A DNA stretch of 64,000 bases from a virus (lineage: Duplodnaviria; Caudoviricetes). Each line of letters starts with the position of its first letter. The first letter of the stretch is position 1. Below are positions 41,097 to 49,926 of this stretch, one piece after another. A program made the position numbers and the translations under genes. The DNA lies in the IMG/VR virus record IMGVR_UViG_3300037634_006988, positions 23,916 to 87,915 of that record; one strand, written 5' to 3'. The notes under the pieces were generated by a model, which saw nothing but the letters and a program-made list of their open reading frames with translations, did not search any database and was not told where the DNA came from.

Positions 41097-41978
41097 CTAA
41101 CTTAAAAGATATTTCAGAAAAATATTAAATGCTTTATCTTGATGTGCTCTTATTGTAGCAATTAGTGGCTCACCGTTTAAATCAAACCACTCTTCGCTGG
41201 ATGCTCCAAGAAGTTGAGTTTTAGTCATTACCTTACAATTCAACATTTTTGCTTCCACAACCAACCGGCACAAAGATTCAAGAACAGTTGGGATAAAAAC
41301 CAATGTTTTATATTGACTTAATTTGGTTAAAAATTCTTTCTCATCAGAAGATTGTATAAGATCATAAGATATGTTGTTCTTTTGACAAAATTGAATTGCT
41401 TCGCGAGTGCCTTTAGTGGGGTTCTGAGAATTTACAATACAGAAATCTTTTTCTTTAGGGGTGTTTGCGATGCTCGAAATGAAATCTAGCCTCTCTGATG
41501 ACCATAAACTACAACCGATGCTATCCACATTGGAAATATCTAAATTATTTCTAACACTATCTGTTTGACTATTACTCAAACAAATTACTGCTTGGGCGTT
41601 GGCATAAAAATCTCGATTAATTACCTGATCTTTTGGAGCAATAAAATTTGGAAATTTAGAGGGATCTCTAGTTTTAAGATATTTGTGATCATGCTCATAA
41701 ATTATATAAGATTTATTTTGAAGAGCGTGTTTTGCTGATTCAGAAAGTCCTACAAAATTACTAACAATAAACTTTTTATTCTTGTTTGTTTCAATAAAAT
41801 CAGATGTAATCTCTCTTGAATATTTTTTTTGTACTTCAAAAACGCTCTTTTCTAGTAAAGAGATGAGAACAGAATCATTATTTTCTGCACCACCTCTATT
41901 ACTTAAATCGTTTTTATAGAAATCGCAAACAAAAACGCACTTTAAAGCATTTGAATCTCGTTTAAAGATGACAGCCAC
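41097..41978 (-). CDS. GT-B fold glycosyltransferase-like protein
   Basis: KGTREAI and VFIPTVLESLCRLVVEAKMLNC (E-x7-E motif); start uncertain. Confidence 0.6.
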   Translation of the reverse strand: MAVIFKRDSNALKCVFVCDFYKNDLSNRGGAENNDSVLISLLEKSVFEVQKKYSREITSDFIETNKNKKFIVSNFVGLSESAKHALQNKSYIIYEHDHKYLKTRDPSKFPNFIAPKDQVINRDFYANAQAVICLSNSQTDSVRNNLDISNVDSIGCSLWSSERLDFISSIANTPKEKDFCIVNSQNPTKGTREAIQFCQKNNISYDLIQSSDEKEFLTKLSQYKTLVFIPTVLESLCRLVVEAKMLNCKVMTKTQLLGASSEEWFDLNGEPLIATIRAHQDKAFNIFLKYLLS

Positions 41979-43198
41979 TCCTCTTCTTCAACAGTCGGCT
42001 TATAAATTACATCGCACATTTTTTGATATTGCTTAGATTCTTCAAAATTCTCAACAACCCATTTTTGCAACTTTTTTGCCTGTGATTTAGCTGGACCATA
42101 GTTTTTATAAAGCATTCTCAAACTCTTTTTATAATTCCACTCTTTTGGGAAACACCACATTGAGTCTTTTTGAATTACACCTTCCCAATGGGCCGATTCC
42201 TGAATTGGTTTAATATCATAAATCACTTCAGTAAACATTGGTTTTGTACCTTCTTTATTTCTTTTATTTTTATTGGGCATGTGAAGAAAATCAACCTGTC
42301 CCCCCCAATTCGTAGTAACAATTGGCAATGAATTATACGCTGCCTCAAACAATGGCAAACCAAAGCCCTCACCATGAGAAATATTAACCATCGCCTTTAT
42401 TTTTGGGTGCTGATAAACCCCTGTCATTTCTGACTCACTCATATCCCCATGTAAAAGATAAACTTCACATTTTCTACCTTCATATTCGACAAGTAATTCC
42501 TTTAAACGAGTGTGAGCAAATTCCCTATCTCGCAAACAATTCTTCGCCAATGAAGTTTTGACAACAAGACCGATCTCTTGGTCGTAGAATTCCTCAACGA
42601 ACCATTTAATAGTATTTTCAAGATTTTTTCTAACAATCCAAGTTCCAACTGTTAGAAAATTAAAATCATGCTTTAAATCTAAATCAATCTTTGTTGAATC
42701 TATGTTTTTTACTGGATAACTCACTACTTCTATAGGGCATGTTACTTTTGCCATAAATTCTTCGCCAGTTTGATTATTTGCAGCTTTATATTCAGTGTTA
42801 TCAAACCCGTATTTTGCATGTTCTGAAACAACAATAATTTTGTCCATATTCATGCCTTTTTCTACCCACTGTGGAGCGATTTTGGTGGTTTCAATACCCG
42901 CAGTAACTCCAATATTCACTGGAGCCATTGGTTCAAATTCGTTTGGAACTGTGACCTGAAGAGATATATCGAACTGACCACCTTGTTGAGAGTATTGCAA
43001 AGTTTTTCCTAAAAGAAAATCCATCCATCGTCGTTCTTCAGTATCTTCATGATTCCAGCCAGTTTGACCCCAATTAATATTAATGTAATAAACATCAAAT
43101 AGGTCTGGGCGGCTTCTTAAAGAACGTAAAACAAAACGAGTATGTTCTCCGTATCCACTTTGACTTAGACCGGGGCCTTTAACAATAACTTTTTTCAT
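41942..43198 (-). CDS. GT4-family glycosyltransferase
   Basis: SGYGEH, RKNL, and SHGEGFGLPLFEAA...TNWGG. Confidence 0.85.
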   Translation of the reverse strand: MKKVIVKGPGLSQSGYGEHTRFVLRSLRSRPDLFDVYYININWGQTGWNHEDTEERRWMDFLLGKTLQYSQQGGQFDISLQVTVPNEFEPMAPVNIGVTAGIETTKIAPQWVEKGMNMDKIIVVSEHAKYGFDNTEYKAANNQTGEEFMAKVTCPIEVVSYPVKNIDSTKIDLDLKHDFNFLTVGTWIVRKNLENTIKWFVEEFYDQEIGLVVKTSLAKNCLRDREFAHTRLKELLVEYEGRKCEVYLLHGDMSESEMTGVYQHPKIKAMVNISHGEGFGLPLFEAAYNSLPIVTTNWGGQVDFLHMPNKNKRNKEGTKPMFTEVIYDIKPIQESAHWEGVIQKDSMWCFPKEWNYKKSLRMLYKNYGPAKSQAKKLQKWVVENFEESKQYQKMCDVIYKPTVEEEEWLSSLNEIQML

Positions 43199-44562
43199 AC
43201 CGTTCGCAACTCCCATGACTTATAATTCTTGCGATTTTCCCAAGAACTATGTCTTTCGTGTGTTTCAACTAATATTTTTTCCCACTGTTTGGCAAAATTT
43301 TCAAAATTGTAATTCTTTTCAACATGCTCTCTACCAGATTTTCCTAATTGTGCTCGCTTTTCTGCACCATATTCATACATTTTTAACAAAGCGTCTGAAA
43401 CTTGCGTCCCTGAAACCCTGTCTTCATAAATAAAAGGAACTTCTTGGGAACCAATAATTGCTTTTGACGACGGTTCTAGTCCTATGCCATGCTCATATTC
43501 TGTAATTGATTTCGCTTTAGCATTTCGCTTTAACATCATTTCTTCATTTACGTCGCCCAATGGCGTAACTTGTTCTTGAAGACCGCCAGTCATTGTTACA
43601 ACAATCGGTGTCTCGCAAGCCATTGATTCAAAAGTGGCCAAACCAAACCCTTCAGCATCTGAAATACCAATTGTAGTGTCAGCTGCATTATAAATCATTG
43701 CTAATTTATCTAAATCCACCTTTTCTGTCGAGATCAAAACTCTTCCATCACCAAGGCCCAAATTATTGATAATTGCATACAAATCTTGTCCATTGGGATC
43801 ATGAGGTTCTGTGTGCATTAATAAAGTTGCTTTGGCATTTTTGTCCTTCTTTTGCAATTTCTTAAGAAAATCATTAAACCAAAAAATTAAAGATCCACTT
43901 TGCTTGCGTCGAGCATTTCGATTGTTCCAAAAAACTAAAAAGTGATCTTCATCAATGCCAAAATTTTCTTTGCGAAATTTCTTAACACTTATTCTATCAA
44001 GTTTCTTAAATGCTTCTGTTGGAATAGCGTGTGGTAAATAATGTTCTTCAACATCGGGTGAAACAGTTTGAACGATATTAGACGTTAACTTAGAAATTGT
44101 TACAACTACATCGGTTGAATCATACCAAACCTTATTAAAAACTGGATATGGAAAATTGTCCCACACATGATAATAAACCAAAGGAACAAGTGGGCGTAAC
44201 TCATTTTCTATTTCCCACAACCATGGAAAAAAACGAGGATCTGTCATAAACCAAAGTATATCTGGGCGCTGGGTTCTTACCAACGACCGAATAACGTCTT
44301 GATTTCCATAACCATCAACGGGATAAATTACCCAATCTTCACCAAATTCATCCATTTTAATTGGTTTATAGCTATCGTGCTTAATCGCACCCCCAAGACT
44401 AACAAATTGAAACTTGCCAGTCTTGATCATTTCTCCAATAAAGTATTTTGTTTGAGTCCCCACACCAGATGGGGATAAAGGATGATCCGAAACTGTTAAA
44501 ATCTTAATCTTTTTTTGTTCATCTTGTGGTTTGAATTCTAAATCCACAACTTTTTCTGTCAC
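43195..44562 (-). CDS. GT4-family glycosyltransferase
   Basis: SGVGTQ, PHAI, NRNARRK and EGFGLATFESMACETP; GTG start follows AGGAG. Confidence 0.85.
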   Translation of the reverse strand: MTEKVVDLEFKPQDEQKKIKILTVSDHPLSPSGVGTQTKYFIGEMIKTGKFQFVSLGGAIKHDSYKPIKMDEFGEDWVIYPVDGYGNQDVIRSLVRTQRPDILWFMTDPRFFPWLWEIENELRPLVPLVYYHVWDNFPYPVFNKVWYDSTDVVVTISKLTSNIVQTVSPDVEEHYLPHAIPTEAFKKLDRISVKKFRKENFGIDEDHFLVFWNNRNARRKQSGSLIFWFNDFLKKLQKKDKNAKATLLMHTEPHDPNGQDLYAIINNLGLGDGRVLISTEKVDLDKLAMIYNAADTTIGISDAEGFGLATFESMACETPIVVTMTGGLQEQVTPLGDVNEEMMLKRNAKAKSITEYEHGIGLEPSSKAIIGSQEVPFIYEDRVSGTQVSDALLKMYEYGAEKRAQLGKSGREHVEKNYNFENFAKQWEKILVETHERHSSWENRKNYKSWELRTV

Positions 44563-44575
44563 TTTTATTTTTCTC

Positions 44576-45343
44576 CTACGGACACCACTCAGTTCGATTA
44601 AATTCGCACTTCTCACATTTTAAACGATTTTTTGGGTGGTTATTATTGTGAATATTATACACCGCCTTATTCAAAATGTTTAATGCATTTTTATTTTTTC
44701 TTTGTCCGCTGGAAACTCGAAAGATTTCAGCTTGATTTTTTTTGGCTGTGCGCTTTAATAAACCAAAATATGTTTCAACTATTTTTGGGTCAATATCATA
44801 TCTAGCGCAAAAGAAATTCTTGTAAAAAGTCAGCTGATAAGTTGTTATCCTATCTGTTTTTCTCTTAATATTCCATCCCCAAGAACAAGTCTTCCAATCG
44901 ATGATATGATATTTTCCATCTGGGGTCTTAATAATCAAATCAATATAACCTTTGAAATCATATTCTCCTGGTGCATTGATAAGTGGCTCTATAATCTCTT
45001 CTTCTACCGAAACTACCTTAAATCCGGGGAATTTTTTATGTAATGCCGCCAAAGCATACTTTGGGAGCAACCCACCAACTAACTTCATTTCCTCTATTAA
45101 TTTGGGATCTTTTTCAACATCCTCTGGAAGGTTATCTAAATTATCTTTAAATGATTGTAAAAAAATAGGTTCTGGGTCTATTGATTCATCAACAACAATC
45201 TTTTCACAACCAGCATGAACACCAGTTCCGAAAGAAGTGTGAACATTGCCCTTAAATAACCTTATTTTGTCAACATATGTAAGCTTATGATAAAAGGGGC
45301 AAAAATCCCAATTTTTTAAAGCACTAAACGAAACGTGTGGCAT
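44576..45343 (-). CDS. PD-(D/E)XK nuclease (AddB/Cas4/ExoV-like) with a probable 4Fe-4S staple
   Basis: GYIDL...IIDWKT and QLTFY motifs; an N-terminal Cys (CPF) plus C-terminal CEKCEF...WCP. Confidence 0.8.
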   Translation of the reverse strand: MPHVSFSALKNWDFCPFYHKLTYVDKIRLFKGNVHTSFGTGVHAGCEKIVVDESIDPEPIFLQSFKDNLDNLPEDVEKDPKLIEEMKLVGGLLPKYALAALHKKFPGFKVVSVEEEIIEPLINAPGEYDFKGYIDLIIKTPDGKYHIIDWKTCSWGWNIKRKTDRITTYQLTFYKNFFCARYDIDPKIVETYFGLLKRTAKKNQAEIFRVSSGQRKNKNALNILNKAVYNIHNNNHPKNRLKCEKCEFNRTEWCP

Positions 45344-45346
45344 AAA

Positions 45347-45667
45347 TTACTCATCTTTCGGTTTTAAACTTTTTTTAGTTCTTTTAGCACCCCTAGATGA
45401 TACCACAACTGAAGTCTTTGTGTCAAGCTTTTTTTGTGGTGCCTTAAATTTCCAAATAGCAGTAAGATTGTCTCCCATATTATCTAAATCATTCTTTTGA
45501 ATACATCCGCCTACAGAAATCTTTTGTTCTCTTAAGAAATTCATAACATGTTCTTGCCTTAAAATTGTTCGATTACTATCTCGCCTAGTTACTGGGTCTT
45601 TTTTTAATTTAGGTAAATTAACTGTAACAATAATTTCGCCATTTTCTTTTGTAACTGTAAAATTCAT
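45347..45667 (-). CDS. Hypothetical protein (106 aa)
   Basis: ORF track; in operon. Confidence 0.6.
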   Translation of the reverse strand: MNFTVTKENGEIIVTVNLPKLKKDPVTRRDSNRTILRQEHVMNFLREQKISVGGCIQKNDLDNMGDNLTAIWKFKAPQKKLDTKTSVVVSSRGAKRTKKSLKPKDE

Positions 45668-45670
45668 ATT

Positions 45671-46105
45671 TTATCCTTGAATGCACTTTTTTTCAATAAA
45701 TAACGGTCTGTAAAGCTTCTTTGCATAATCTTTAATACGCTGACCATTTATGCGAAGCATCGCTTCTCTATCAATTACTCCATGCCAATTTATTATTAAT
45801 GCATTGGTTGGAATTACTGCACTAGAAACCGCACAAAGTGAGAGGGTAGATACATCAGGAAAATTTTGAGATACAATCATTGCAATAGTGCTTGCATCTA
45901 TAATGACATCTCTTTCCTTATCTGGCATCCATTTAATATACATGATGATATGTTCTTTATTGGACGAATCAAAATCAATTTGTAATATTTTTCCCTCAAC
46001 ACGAGAACCTGAAAAAGTCATTTTCTTTGCTTGAGCTGTGGTTGTTGCCACAAACCCGATTAAGATGCTTAACATTAAAACACTTCTCGATAATATTTTT
46101 TTCAT
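45671..46105 (-). CDS. Secreted/periplasmic hypothetical protein
   Basis: Sec-type signal MKKILSRSVLMLSILIGFVATTTAQA. Confidence 0.6.
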   Translation of the reverse strand: MKKILSRSVLMLSILIGFVATTTAQAKKMTFSGSRVEGKILQIDFDSSNKEHIIMYIKWMPDKERDVIIDASTIAMIVSQNFPDVSTLSLCAVSSAVIPTNALIINWHGVIDREAMLRINGQRIKDYAKKLYRPLFIEKKCIQG

Positions 46106-46114
46106 TTTTTTTCC

Positions 46115-46807
46115 TTATGCCAGCAATTCTTCTAGTTTGTTGTATAATACTGGACTTATATCCTTTAAATAGTTTGAATCTCCATTTATGTATTCTTCAA
46201 AACCATTAGCAAAGTATTCTCGCAAGGATGTAACAGAGTAGGGAGAAAGAAATAAACCAGCAGATAAAGTAGATAAATTATCATAACCTAACTCCTTAAA
46301 TAGAAAATCATCAAGTTCATCAACCTTGTCTTCAGAAAAGAATAATTGACCCATTCCATGAAAAGAAACTTCATTTGCTCTTAATAATTCAATTAATCTC
46401 TTCTTTTTGCCCACATATTCTTTTTCAATTGCACCGTCACCATAGATTTCATAATGACTTCTGTCTTCTAATAAGTGTGCTAGTTCATGAACTATATCTT
46501 TAACAATAACATCTTCAGTTATTGCTGGAAACTCTTGAAATGATGAAAGATATATTGCTCCATCTTTCATCATAGCTTGAATGTGCCTGTTTTTTAGTTC
46601 AGGAAAGTCTCCTATATAAATACCTTCAAGACCAGCAAATAATTCATGAGGAATTGTTTCTTTTAACTCATCTAGAATGTTATTAATATCTATATGATCA
46701 GGAAATGAATTAATTATATAAACAGGAATGTCATATAAGTAATATTCTTTTCTCTCTTTTAAAGATTTCTTAACAGAATGTGTTAAATACTTTTTCATAT
46801 TTATCAA
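46115..46807 (-). CDS. Zincin-like metallopeptidase
   Basis: IVHELAH (HExxH) plus a downstream REYFA glutamate ligand. Confidence 0.6.
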   Translation of the reverse strand: MINMKKYLTHSVKKSLKERKEYYLYDIPVYIINSFPDHIDINNILDELKETIPHELFAGLEGIYIGDFPELKNRHIQAMMKDGAIYLSSFQEFPAITEDVIVKDIVHELAHLLEDRSHYEIYGDGAIEKEYVGKKKRLIELLRANEVSFHGMGQLFFSEDKVDELDDFLFKELGYDNLSTLSAGLFLSPYSVTSLREYFANGFEEYINGDSNYLKDISPVLYNKLEELLA

Positions 46808-46848
46808 ATATTGATAAGATCATATCATACTTTCAAGCGCCTTTAAAA

Positions 46849-48174
46849 TTAAAGAACTTTGGCTGTTAAAGTTGCTACTTTAGAACGTTCTCCCTTTAAG
46901 AATGTAATGTGGCCAGTAATATCATAAGGCTTCAATTTTTCAATGGCATAAGTCAATCCATTTGAAGTTTCATCAATATTGACGTTATCGATTTGTTCAA
47001 TATCACCCGTTAAAACAATCTTGCTGTCGTTTCCAACACGAGTTAAAATAGTTTTGATTTCGTGACGTGTTAAATTCTGACATTCATCAACAATAATGTA
47101 AGCTTTTTGAATTGATCTTCCCCTTATATAAGTTAATGCCTCAATTTCAATAATCTTTTTTTGCATATATTGATAAAGCATTAAATTATCATCACCAAAC
47201 AGAAATCTCAGGTTATCCTGAATAGGAGCAAGCCAAGGAGCCATTTTCTCTTCCAATGTTCCAGGCAAATATCCCAAATCTTTTCCCATTGGTTGAATTG
47301 GTCTTGTGACAATCAGTCTATTATATACTGAATCCTGGCTCATCACCTGTTGAAGTCCAGCAGCGATAGCACATAATGTTTTTCCACTTCCGGCTTTTCC
47401 AATTAATGAAACAATTGGAACTTCAGGATCTAAAAGTAACTCAAGTGCAAAATTTTGCTCTTTATTTTTTGGTGCAATTCCCCAACCATCCTCTTCTTTG
47501 TGTTCAATAATCTTTTTAAACTCTGTCTGCGCATTAAGAAATCTGGTTATCGCCGTTTTCTTTTCATTTGATGAAGAAACTAACATCACAAATTGATTAG
47601 CAAATAATTCTGGCTTATCATCAACTGCATCTGATAAGAATATTTTTTCACCCGCATAAAATCTATCAATAATTTGGTCATCGACCAAAATCTTAGCAAA
47701 TCCACCATAAAGTTCGTGGCTACTTTTGATAACTTTTTCTGTTTTATAATCTTCAGCGGATATACCAATTGCATCACATTTAATTCTTAAGTTTATGTCA
47801 TTGGAAACAACAATAACTTTGCGTTGTGGGAATTCTTTTTTAACAGTTAATGCTGTTGCAATAATCTGATGGTCAGGTACTTTTGAAGAATATCCTGCGG
47901 GCAACTCATTTAAGTCAGGAGCTTTTGTAAAGCAAAGCCCCGACCCTCTTCTAATGCGAAGCCCTTTTTGAAAATTTCCCTTTTCCCTGAGTTCATCTAG
48001 CGTTCGAATAATTCTTCTTGCATTTATTCCAACCCCATTTGGTCTTTTTTTACATTTGTCTAATTCTTCTAATACAACGAGTGGAATAATAATATCGTTC
48101 GTGCCGTAAGAAAAAATCGAACGATAATCCGTTAGATACACGCTGGTGTCTAATACATAAAACTTTTTTGCCAT
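46849..48174 (-). CDS. phoH: PIN-domain PhoH-like ATPase
   Basis: VLDTSV PIN start, Walker A GKAGSGKT, YIRGRS, VDECQN and GDIEQID. Confidence 0.95.
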   Translation of the reverse strand: MAKKFYVLDTSVYLTDYRSIFSYGTNDIIIPLVVLEELDKCKKRPNGVGINARRIIRTLDELREKGNFQKGLRIRRGSGLCFTKAPDLNELPAGYSSKVPDHQIIATALTVKKEFPQRKVIVVSNDINLRIKCDAIGISAEDYKTEKVIKSSHELYGGFAKILVDDQIIDRFYAGEKIFLSDAVDDKPELFANQFVMLVSSSNEKKTAITRFLNAQTEFKKIIEHKEEDGWGIAPKNKEQNFALELLLDPEVPIVSLIGKAGSGKTLCAIAAGLQQVMSQDSVYNRLIVTRPIQPMGKDLGYLPGTLEEKMAPWLAPIQDNLRFLFGDDNLMLYQYMQKKIIEIEALTYIRGRSIQKAYIIVDECQNLTRHEIKTILTRVGNDSKIVLTGDIEQIDNVNIDETSNGLTYAIEKLKPYDITGHITFLKGERSKVATLTAKVL

Positions 48175-48279
48175 ATAACCCTTCCATTTGAGTGTCTCTT
48201 AGCCATGAGGCTCATTTCTAAATAGATTGGTAGTTTGGGTTTTGACCCTATAGTTACTTTATAAAGGCCATTAATGTAA

Positions 48280-49134
48280 TTGAGAAGCACTATCGCAAAG
48301 TTTGTTTTATTTCTTATGATATACGTGACATTTGTGGGATGTTCGTCGTGCGCGTCGAGTTCTTATTTTCTTAATTCCGGCGATCTTTTTAGAGGTGCAA
48401 GAAAATCTTTTATAAAGCTCGCCTCCTATAACAAAGTTACTATAACAAATACTTCCTCCACTTCCGCTATTCACCAACGTCATGAATTAGAATTAAAATC
48501 TTCAGCTTCAGGTTTTATCGTAGGTCATAACAAGGATATAACTCTTGTTGCAACATCGGCACATGTTTGCACAATTTTAATGGGCAATCAAATAAATCAT
48601 TTCATCTCACGTTATTCTACTAATGATTCTGATTGGGAATTGGTCGAAAAAAATAAATTTATTTTAAATGATTATGCAGGTAAAAAATATCGAGGCGTAA
48701 TAATTGATTATAATATCGATTATGACATTTGTATTTTGGGATCTTCACGAATTCCATATCCAGCATTACCAATATCTAAGACTGCACCTGTAATTGGAGA
48801 AAAATATTACAACATAGCAGCCCCAATGGGATTATGGTCAAAAACAATGATTCCTTTATTTGAGGGTCGTTTTCTGGGAATGATGAAAAGGTCTACAGAT
48901 AGAGAAATATCTTATTTGTTCTCTATTCCAACAATAGGGGGATCTTCTGGTTCTCCAATTTTAAACATATATGGACAAGTTGTGGCCGTAACTCATTCAG
49001 CTTATAGCGGTTTCCAACATATAGCCATGGCCACCACACATAATCAGTTGAAAGACACTTACGATGAAGCAATAAAAAAATTATCAGAAGATTATGAGGC
49101 TTATATGCTTATCATTACTTTAGCGAATATTTGA
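48280..49134 (+). CDS. Trypsin-like serine protease with a lipoprotein-like signal
   Basis: Catalytic triad TSAHVC / DYDIC / GGSSGSP; hydrophobic N-terminus ending VGCSSC. Confidence 0.8.
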   Translation: MRSTIAKFVLFLMIYVTFVGCSSCASSSYFLNSGDLFRGARKSFIKLASYNKVTITNTSSTSAIHQRHELELKSSASGFIVGHNKDITLVATSAHVCTILMGNQINHFISRYSTNDSDWELVEKNKFILNDYAGKKYRGVIIDYNIDYDICILGSSRIPYPALPISKTAPVIGEKYYNIAAPMGLWSKTMIPLFEGRFLGMMKRSTDREISYLFSIPTIGGSSGSPILNIYGQVVAVTHSAYSGFQHIAMATTHNQLKDTYDEAIKKLSEDYEAYMLIITLANI

Positions 49135-49375
49135 TGGAGGTGGGGGGAATCGAACCCCCGTCCTAAATGCTTTAATAAACTGCGTTATACAAGGTTAAAG
49201 ATTAATAACCCCGGTTTTGGGTAACAAGGAAACCGGGAACCCCGCCAAAACTACTTAAGCAGCCATTGGAAGTGCAACATTATCGTTTGCATTTATAAGT
49301 TTAAGCCTTTTAGTGTTTACTCAGACACCCTTGCACAAATCTATCTCGACACCCAGTCGATACCTGGTCACCCCC
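49135..49375 (-). ncRNA. ssrA: tmRNA (one-piece, 241 nt), tag ANDNVALPMAA
   Basis: 5' GGGGGUG pairs with 3' CACCUCC-A, including the G3.U alanine identity pair. GGUAUCGAC motif, T-arm GGGGG-UUCGAUU-CCCCC, pk1, and resume codon GCA after AUAAAU. Tag at 49255-49290; CCA is not encoded. Confidence 0.95.
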
Positions 49376-49390
49376 GTAATAAGTATTATA

Positions 49391-49702
49391 CTATCTATTG
49401 AGACTCTTCATCGTTGTTCGATAAAAATATTTATCCATTCCAAGTTCTCGCATATCTTCATCAGAGATACCCGACAACATTTTTTGAACTTCTGGTCCTA
49501 ACCGAGGTTTCATTTTTGGATATTGTCTGCCAATATCAACAGCCATGTTCATATATTTCATAAATAAGTTAGATTGACCACTACCTTTTGCTCTTTGCAT
49601 ATTACTAATCAAATTATCAGCTATATCACTTGATTCGTCTTCCACTAGGTTTTCTAACTCCTCTTTAATAATTTGTTGAAGTTTGACTTTTGTTAGTTTC
49701 AT
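49391..49702 (-). CDS. Hypothetical protein with an MKLTKxKLxQIIKEE N-terminus (putative head-internal protein)
   Basis: N-terminal motif shared with 57853-58248; SD AAGGAG. Confidence 0.6.
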   Translation of the reverse strand: MKLTKVKLQQIIKEELENLVEDESSDIADNLISNMQRAKGSGQSNLFMKYMNMAVDIGRQYPKMKPRLGPEVQKMLSGISDEDMRELGMDKYFYRTTMKSLNR

Positions 49703-49725
49703 TATAATGATCTCCTTAGATTACT

Positions 49726-49742
49726 ATAAATAGTCTCTTAAA
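49726..49742 (-). promoter_or_regulatory. Putative late-promoter element TTTAAGAGACTATTTAT (copy 1)
   Basis: 17 bp identical to 58271-58287; both copies lie upstream of MKLTK genes. Confidence 0.6.
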
Positions 49743-49746
49743 GGCG

Positions 49747-49891
49747 AAAAAAAGAAGTACCCAAGATTGTTATTTCTTCGCAGTAACAAAGCTAGGCTCA
49801 CTCGCAATTATATCTTTAGCAGAGCCATCAAAGTTTAGTTTATTTTAATTTAATAGTTAAGATTTATCTTGTTATTGTACTTCCAACTACT
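49747..49891 (-). ncRNA. Candidate structured small RNA (~145 nt)
   Basis: Consensus sigma70 promoter directly upstream. Closing stems GAAGUAC/GUACUUC and CAAGA/UCUUG, internal hairpins GGCUC/GAGCC and UUGUUA/UAACAA, then a U7 tract; no credible ORF. Confidence 0.55.
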
Positions 49892-49897
49892 GTTTTT

Positions 49898-49926
49898 ATA
49901 CTAACATCATTCTGACTCCTTGTCAA
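49898..49926 (-). promoter_or_regulatory. Sigma70-type promoter
   Basis: TTGACA-N17-TAGTAT. Confidence 0.7.

Noticed and set aside
44576-45343. cas4 of a CRISPR-Cas system
   Set aside because: No cas1/cas2 or array nearby; stand-alone Cas4/AddB-like nucleases are common in phages.
49100-49400. Prophage attachment site at ssrA, meaning a bacterial chromosome
   Set aside because: No integrase, no duplicated ssrA end and no bacterial housekeeping synteny on either side; both flanks look phage-like.
49313-49501. 62-aa plus-strand ORF
   Set aside because: It is antisense to the tmRNA and to the 49391-49702 gene.
49747-49891. SRP RNA or RNase P RNA as the identity of the candidate ncRNA
   Set aside because: It lacks the SRP helix-8 GGAA/GCAG motif and the RNase P GAGGAAAGUCC signature.
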